Source of the DNA: Anthoceros angustus
Lineage: Eukaryota; Plantae; Anthocerotophyta
Direction: 5' to 3'
Length of the DNA stretch: 64,000 nt
Assembly: GCA_010909165.1 (NCBI GenBank)
Contig: MU008192.1
Location: forward strand, 434,001-498,000
Position numbers and translations under genes: made by a program. The number at the start of each line of letters is the position of its first letter. Position 1 is the first letter of the stretch. Under the pieces are notes generated by a model that did no database searches, was not told the DNA's origin, and saw only the letters and a list, made by a program, of their open reading frames with translations. Shown piece after piece: positions 56,441 to 64,000 of this stretch.

Positions 56441-58045
56441 TTTATCACCTCTCTAAACAGGACTGGATTTTTTTGAACTGGATCCGAAAGCAGAAGCATG
56501 GGTTCCACGTATCCAAGTCTTCTCTATCCCCGCAACTCGCCTTTGTCGAACTCATCCCAACCACCTCCTGCCATTGGCTGCCGCTCCACCCGCCTGGCCG
56601 TACCACCCGTCTTCTGCCAACCAACCACAAACATTTTCTCCCATACCTTTCTTTCTGCACGACGGAATAATCAACATATGAATAGTCGCTCCAAGACAAT
56701 GCACCCAGCATTTCTTTACACACCCCATGAGGGTGACAGAAATGTGCGGGTAGGCGTAGAAGCTGGAACAGACAGGCTTCGTTTTATGAGACAACGTCTG
56801 CAAGGTCGAAGAGGGAGGAAGCGGTGCACAAGCACAAGCACAAGCAACACGAGTTGTTATCGAAAACGACTCGGAATTCCCAAGAACGAGGCACTCCTTA
56901 TCCCGGGCATCAAGGTATGGATTTGTCGGGTTTTTATGGAGCAGAGGTAACGTAATGTGAGCGCGGACTCGGACCCGTCCACGTTCCGTGACAAGGGAGC
57001 TTGTCAGCAGCAGGCCGTAACGGAAAGCGGCGTAATGCCAACGGAACGGCTAGCTGGCTGCATGGACAGCGGGCAGCCCACCGCACGCTTTAAGGCGCTT
57101 TCCGCCAGCAGGGCCTCCTGGGCTGGCGCCGTCGCCATCGCCATCGCCATCGCCGTCGCCGATCCACCGCACCGCCCGTCCCGTCCCGTTCCGTTACCCC
57201 CACCAACCCCCCGTTTCCTACGTCGCACGTGCGACGCACCTTAAAGAAACGCACGCGGGCACAGGGTGGCGACACGGGGGCAGCTGGCCCGGGGCCGGGC
57301 CAATGGCTGGCGACAATAAATGCGCGTGCCGGAAGCGACGTCACCACTTTTGGCTGGCTCTGTAATGTCCCGTTCACGCAATGCAGGCCGCGGGGAGCTG
57401 CTTTCACACCGCGGCCCCGCGGGCCGGGCTCGTTTCTTTGACCGCGTTCGTGGAGGCAATGATGGCCCGCTTGGGCTTGGGCTTGACTGGGCAGTGGGCA
57501 GGAGAGAAGTTACCACGGTGTGGCCAGCAATCATGTGGGCGATCATGAACGTTGCTGTACGGAAAGCGTAACAAAAGTTTAACCGGGGTTGGGAGGTGGG
57601 AGATGGATAAAACCTGACCCCTGACTCCTGACCCCTGACCCCTGACCGGGGTTCTGTATCCAGTTCCTGTATGAGCCACTCCGTACGTAGAGGAAGCAGT
57701 GGGCCCGGGTGGATGGAAATCTGACCCACGTGACCGGGTGCTGGCTGGGCCAATCGCACAGCGCCGCGCGATTGCTGAGGTGGCCGTGTCGGACGCATCC
57801 CTCGACAACCGCCCGCGCGTGCTCTCTGCACGCTCCGCCCAGTCCGTCGGTCGGCCATGCTTGCGCCCATCGCCCACCATCCCTGCATACATATACATTT
57901 CTACATACTGTATGTATACAACTCACTTGCATCACTCACATACTCAGCTTAGGGAGTTGTGTGGGTGAGACTATTCTTATTGAATTGAATTTAATGTAAA
58001 TAATATTTTTTGACAAAATTTATAAAGATTGGAACCTATTATCCA

Positions 58046-58067
58046 CTCTCTCTCTCTCTCTCTCTCT
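58046..58067. repeat. (CT)n microsatellite
   Basis: Read directly. Confidence 0.95.
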
Positions 58068-60309
58068 ACGTATATACTTTATGTGTTTTGTTTACATAGT
58101 TAGACAAGCCCGTCTAATCGGTATAATCATAGAAAAACGAAGTTAAGTTTTACGGGAATAACTTAGATAAGCAAAGAATATTTGGTGAATCATCAAATAG
58201 TTCATTAAAAAGATTCTGAACTCACCAAATAGTACCTGAATCAACAAAAAATTGCGCAGAGATTTTCTTGTTATGTGGATTAATAAATATGAGCTAGCCT
58301 CATTAAATAAAATACATGATGGAAAGAGATTCACGACTATCGAAAAAAAACGTAGAAGTTGGTTGTGTTAGATGACCCATATGAATGAAACATTCAAATT
58401 GTGATACGATGAAATGATGACAAAAGTCAAGGGTAAAGTTAATTTTTGAGCACTTCAACTTGAAGTTGAAGTTTTGGTTGGCCCATATTGCTAGAATTTG
58501 TCAGAACTAACCTTGTTTGAGTTTAAAATAATCTAAATTAAATATTTAAAATTACAGTTTAAACTTGAAAAAGATCGTGCTATATTGACCTCTGTGATAT
58601 CTACTTGTTTTTTTTAATGGTAAATAGATGAGATCTTTACATTCCATCTAATGTAAAGGACTCCGAAGGATCTTACGACAGCGGGGAGATAATCATCTAG
58701 TCTAGGATGTCCTACAGGCCTGGAGATTCTATTCTCCAAGTTACAATATGAGGTCTATTCTACTAAAAATATATTCTAAATGATAATGATTAGATTGATG
58801 TGTAATACATGTACATTTTTGCATCATGGGCTTGCTCCATCTCTCCGGTCCTTTTGGCATATCAGCTTGATCTCATAAGTTTGATATCAAACCTATGGAC
58901 CTGTGGAATCTTTTATATTAATAAAATTGATACATAATATCCGACCAATTATCCATTAAATTTTATCACATACTATGAAGGGTTTTGATGGTGTAATTCC
59001 ACACATTAGCTTACCAAACAAAAGCGCAACCACACAGTCCCCCAAACAAAAAGGTTGTGCAAATGGCATTAGCTCGTTTGGTGTTTTGTCGGGATGCGCC
59101 AGGATGAGATGAGGGAGGGCCGGTGCCGAGAAATACTGGTGCAGATGCAGGGCGAAGGACGCCGATGATGGGATGATGGCAGGATGATGCGCGATGGGGC
59201 GTGCACCCGCTGGCATGCATGGTTATGGGTTAAGGCCCACGTGGCCCCAACCTTTATTTAGCGTCCTGCCACCCGCGCCGTACGTTTCCGGATAGATCCA
59301 ACCGCGAAGCCGAGCGGAATTCACTGCGGTCTTGGAAAGTGAATGAGTCTCATCACAGCGCCCGTCCGTGAGCCGTAACATAACACCGCGACATTGGACC
59401 GTTGCTACCGCGTACCGCATGCGCATCACATGAGCGTACCGCGACACACCCACCCGCTGTGAAAGTGATAGTGAAAGTGAAAGTGAAAAGGACGCCGGGG
59501 AATCTATCTCCTCGTCTCCCTAGGACGACCCATTTACGTCTACTAATCCCAACCAGCGGAGGCTTCACACGATCCTTCATTCCCTCCTCCCCAACCCGTA
59601 GCCTAGAAAATATTTGCTCACCTCACCGGGCGAGCGAAGTGACTAGGAAAATCTGCTTGGCTTTTTCGGGGGCTGTGGAACTCAATATTTGTCTTACGTA
59701 TCGTATCTGGGAGACGGGACAAATAGGAGTTGGTGGACTCTCACTTCATCTCTCCCAGAAAGGGTCCCTCAAGTACCGGGTCTGCCTGCCGGAACTCAAG
59801 AGTCGAGGTTACTCCTCCTGCTAGTTGACAAGATTAGGGTATCCGAAGGTTGAGGAATTCCACCTCAAATGGATTGGAAGAAGAGACAAGGGAGACAAGG
59901 AGACAGAAAAGTTGGTGGGCTTGGGTTTGGTGGCTTCAACTAAGTGGAGAATTAAGCTAACATGGCGTGCTGTGATGTAGTAGACTAGCTTAGCTATCCT
60001 ATCCAAGGTGAAATAGAGTGTACAGTACGCGGAAGGAGGAAAGAAAGAGAGGGAGGGAGGGAGGGAGTTAAGCGGGACCGTTAAATGGAGGCAAAGTACA
60101 GGGTGAGATGGGGAGGATGATGAGGTTAATGATATAGATGCTCCCTCCGGGGTAGGGGGTAGGGTTTGGGGAGTAGGTGGAGGTGGCCATAAAGAAATTG
60201 TGGGACAAGAATGGAATCTGGAGGTTATGGCAACCCACACTGACACAGGCAATGGCCTTATTTTTAATGGCCCGGCTTGACCTGCGCGCCCTTTGACCTG
60301 GTGTGCGGG

Positions 60310-60376
60310 GGCAGCGGCCGGGCAGCGGGCAGCGGGGATCGGGCAGCGGGCAGCGGGCAGCGGGCAGCGGGCAGGG
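60310..60376. repeat. (GGCAGCG)n heptamer repeat
   Basis: About 8 copies with two interruptions. Confidence 0.9.
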
Positions 60377-62751
60377 ACTTAACCGCTGCTGCCCGGGGCT
60401 CGGTGGAGGGTTGGGGGGCCTGATCGAGATCTGCGGAGCAGGCAAATCGCGGGCGGGCAGCGGATTGTGGCCCCATTGGAGGGGAGACGCGCACGCGCAA
60501 ACCCTAATTCCCAATACCTAATTCGGCCTTTCCCCCTCCTTTTCGGGACGGTAATAGCGGGAGAAATTCCGCCTTTCGGCAGGCATGCCGCCTTTCTTAC
60601 GTTAATTACTGCGCCTTTTCCAGGCGGGCCAGTAATGTTGCAGGAGCGGCGGGTGCCTGAGCCGGTCTGTCTGTCTGTCTGTCTGTCTGTCACTTGGAAG
60701 AAGAAGGGTCGGGTGATGGCGGAAGGCGAGGCCGGACAGGACAGGAAGGGAAGGGCAGGGAAGGAAGGAGGGAAGGAAGGGAAGGGAAGAGAAGGGCAAC
60801 AACTGTTCCCGAAAATCTCGAGCTGCAATATGGCTGGCTGGGTGTGCTGCGTGCACTGCTCGGCAATCCCAGCCCGCCACAAGATCGACCAGGGCCCTCC
60901 TTCACGTGGCTTCGGATCTGCTCCGCCCAAGTACAAATATCTGATGCGATTAACCCCCGCCCGCCTGGATGAGCCGCTCGAAGCTCCGCCTCCCATTGGC
61001 CCCTCCTCCTCCACATGTGACCCACAACGTCACCCTCCTCCTCGCCTGCTCCCCCTGCTGCTCCACCTCGCCCCCCGTATCCCGCAACCCAACCCGCCCT
61101 CCTCCTCCTTCCGCCCCCTCGCCGCTGCTGCTGCTGTGCACGAGCTTGAAACAACCCCGAAGACGTCAGGGGAAGGAAGTTGGATGCACTCGACATGACT
61201 TCGTTCCGACTCCGCAATCGCTTACAGGCGTGATCGATATAAGAAATGCATAGATTCAGAATCAGAACTCTTATTCACATCGTCCAACCCTTTGGGACTT
61301 CTTTCCCTCCACCCGACCCTTTCACATTCCCCTAACCCTTGGAGGAGCTCATCATCCACCCTTGAAGATGTTGCTGCTGCTGCTCCCTTCCGCACCCAAC
61401 ATGGAGGGGTGAAGAAGGGATGGCGTCTTCACTATTATAATTAATTAAATATGTATTACGATTGATTACGATTGTTTGTTGTTGTTAGGAAGGAAGGGCG
61501 ATGTGAGTAATCCGTCGTACTGCGAGGGAGGAGGGGGGGGTATGGGGGATGACTCGAGTGACGTAACCAGCCCTGGTTGTTCTCAGGTGGGCCTGGAAGG
61601 GTCAGGGCGGGTCAGGTCGGGTCCGCGGTGGTCCCATGGCTACGGCCAGCCGGGGCCACCCAGTGGCCAGTGGCGCGGGTGCGCGGGTTTGCTACAGTTC
61701 TCTCTCTAGGTTTTCTCTGTCGTGCTCTGTCAGCCATGGCCCATGACTCATCATTGCACTTGCTGGGAGTAGCTGGGGAGTGTCGGGGATGGGGGCCATG
61801 ACTGCCGGCCATGTGTGCATGCGAGGCTGCGCGTGCTCATTGGCGGACGCGCCTGTCGGCCATGCCATCATGCCGCGGTAAAGACGCACGAGGTAAAAGT
61901 AAAATCTTCGCTTTTACCCCAGGGGGTGTAGAGTCACCGGTACAATGCCAGGATGCAGGGGAGGAGAGGAGAGGAGAGGCGAGAAGAGGAGAGGAGGAGA
62001 GAACGGAGCGTGCAAGTAGCGGCTCTTGGGCCTGGGCCGGGCTGGCGTTCCTTCCTTTCCTTCCCTTTCCTCGTTGCTTCCTTAAGCGCTTTTGTGGGTG
62101 GTGTGGAGCAGTGTGTCCGCCTGTCGTCTGGCCGCCCAGCCTGTGAAGGTGCGGATGCGGGAGCGTGCGATCCGATCATGGCCTCCGCCTCCGCCTGCCC
62201 CTGGCGCCGTGGATTTGCTGAGGTGTTACACCAAATCTCCCCTCTCCCGGAGCCTTAACACCCACACTCCCGTCTGGGCTGCAATTGGATGTCCTGGCCA
62301 TGTCGCCCTGCCGTCACCCTTGACGTGGGAGGGACGTGGGCGCCAGCCTCGCCTTCTCCTCCTCCTCCTTCCTCCTCCCGCCATTCGCCCTCGCCCTCGC
62401 CCTCGCCCTCTCCTCCTCACTGCACCCACCTTCCTTTCCTTTCCTTCTTGGCTGCCCCGCTTGGTGCGCCAGCTGCTCCTGCTTGCTTCCTGCGCGCAAT
62501 CGGCGGATGCCTGGAAGCCATGGCGTACTCCAGATACAGAGATTTCAAATTCCGGTGTTGGGTCCTGGAGATTTGAATCGGGTGCGGAGGATTCCGGGGT
62601 CAGGTGGAGGGCGGAGTTTAGTGCCGAAATTGTTGCAGGAGTGGAGAATGCGGGGGTCGTGGAGAGGGGAGGATGTGAGTTGAGGCGTTGGGCTGTTTGG
62701 GTTGGACCGGGCCGAGCCATGTGCGGCCGGCTGGTCCAGGAGGGAATTTAG

Positions 62752-64000
62752 ATGGCGTCGCTGGCACATCCCTCCGCAACCGCAAGCAATTGCCACTTGC
62801 AATCTCTGCCTCGCATCTGCAACTTGAAGATGAACCCGCTGTCCAACACAAATTACAGCCGGAGTCTGGCAGCCATAGCTCTGGCTAACCATTCCGCTGC
62901 CTTGAACCAGCTCTCCGCTCTCAATTCCGCCTCCTCTTCCCTCACCTCGCATTCCGCCGCCGCGGTTGCAGATCTGTCTGGTTCTGTTTCTGGGTCCGGG
63001 TCCGGGTCCGGGTGTGGGGCGGGAGGAGATGTCAGAATGCCTGCCTCCGCTTTGCTGATGCGGGAGGCCATGGATGTGTCGGTCACGTCTTCCCCGCTGG
63101 GATCTCCCGGAACAGCGCCATGGTTCGCTGGTGCCAGCCCCGGGTCTGGAGGCTACTTCTCCCCGGACCTCAGATCCGTGGGAGGAGGAGCAGGAGGAGG
63201 GGGAGGATTTCAACCCGGGTCCATGGAGATGGCCTTGAAGAAGCTCGGGGAATGCGGGAGGATGGGCAGCGATTTCCATGCCGCTCTCCCTCACCGACAA
63301 CACTCTCTCCCTTCTGTTCAACAGCAGCAGCAGCAGCAGCAGCAGCGGCTGAGATCGTCTGATTCCAACGTTACCAGATTTGGCTCTCTGCAGCACCAGC
63401 AGCACCAGCAGCAGATGCATCAAGAGGCCTCCGGAAACGACTGGGCCATCGGCGGCAGCAACATCCACGGCCAGCAGCAATGCACGGATGCGAATCTGAG
63501 CTTCGCGTCCTCCATGGCCGCGGCCCTGGTCCCGTCTTCCGGGCGGGGATCTCTAGCAGCCAGGACTGTTCTGCTGGGAGGTGCGAGCAACATGCAGAGG
63601 CAGCAGCAAGAGAGCTACAGCCGGGCCGGGAGCGGGGACGGGGACTCCCTGTCCGCCAGGATCATGCGAGCCATCGGCGAGGGCAGCAACCAACAGCAGC
63701 AGCAGCAGCAGGTCCTGGGAGGAGAGGACAGCAGCATGCTGCAGGAGATGATGGGCTGCGGGAGCTACAACGTCACTCCCCAGAGCAATGCCGCCCAACA
63801 TTTCCTCACCTCGGCCAGGCCCATGGCCATGCCCGCCATGCCCATGCAGGGGAGCATGGAGGCGGACTGGACATCGCTGCTCATGGACGCGGCAGCCGCC
63901 GATGTCAGTGTCAGCCTCCAGGCTTCCCTGCCCAAGCCATCGTCTGCCAGCCTTCATTTTATCCCGGACTCTACCTTCCCGGACACCAAAATGCTCTACC
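62752..64000 (+). CDS. N-terminal part of a Gln/Ser/Gly-rich, probably disordered protein (likely transcription factor; GRAS/HAM-like is a guess); runs off the window
   Basis: Open from ATG 62752 to the window end (416 codons, no stop, so absent from the ORF track): MASLAHPSAT..QQQQQQQQQ..MEADWTSLLMD..DTKMLY. DWxSLL recalls the N-terminus of HAM-type GRAS proteins, but no DNA-binding or GRAS domain is visible. Confidence 0.75.
   Translation, partial: MASLAHPSATASNCHLQSLPRICNLKMNPLSNTNYSRSLAAIALANHSAALNQLSALNSASSSLTSHSAAAVADLSGSVSGSGSGSGCGAGGDVRMPASALLMREAMDVSVTSSPLGSPGTAPWFAGASPGSGGYFSPDLRSVGGGAGGGGGFQPGSMEMALKKLGECGRMGSDFHAALPHRQHSLPSVQQQQQQQQQRLRSSDSNVTRFGSLQHQQHQQQMHQEASGNDWAIGGSNIHGQQQCTDANLSFASSMAAALVPSSGRGSLAARTVLLGGASNMQRQQQESYSRAGSGDGDSLSARIMRAIGEGSNQQQQQQQVLGGEDSSMLQEMMGCGSYNVTPQSNAAQHFLTSARPMAMPAMPMQGSMEADWTSLLMDAAAADVSVSLQASLPKPSSASLHFIPDSTFPDTKMLY

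Noticed and set aside
55300-62100. Numerous 60-240-aa ORFs on both strands
   Set aside because: Low-complexity, GC-rich, microsatellite-derived translations with no domain signal; treated as non-coding.

Overview
Gene-dense nuclear DNA from a land plant with a compact genome. Introns are GT-AG and mostly 60-150 nt, coding regions are GC-rich and intergenic islands are AT-rich. A seedless plant such as Selaginella or a hornwort is my inference, not proven. Positions 1-4900 are a decayed zone holding a casein kinase 1-derived kinase-dead (pseudo)gene and an internally inverted Ty1/copia RT-RNaseH remnant. Recognisable genes follow: a single-domain DUF26/Gnk2 secreted protein, DUF538, a SUVR3-type SET methyltransferase, the mitochondrial carrier BAC2, an F-box protein, an intronless DUF676 hydrolase, a cyanobacterial/plastid-type TilS with two frameshifts, DUF2921, DMP (DUF679), UTP18, RPS19, and a divergent CtpA/S41 protease. 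A Gln-rich, transcription-factor-like ORF runs off the right end. A ~220-bp dispersed repeat occurs four times, alongside several minisatellites. Two ~1.5-kb tandem duplications (47.9-51.0 kb and 52.3-55.3 kb) have copies that differ almost only by indels, so assembly errors are likely in parts of the window. The most notable observations are: (1) a nuclear, spliced, cyanobacterial-type tilS; (2) an inverted copy of SUVR3 exon 2 just behind the SUVR3 stop codon, able to fold its own mRNA into a long hairpin; (3) a CtpA paralogue with an extra N-terminal domain and a phase-symmetric 7-exon internal duplication. All family assignments come from motif recognition; no database search was run.
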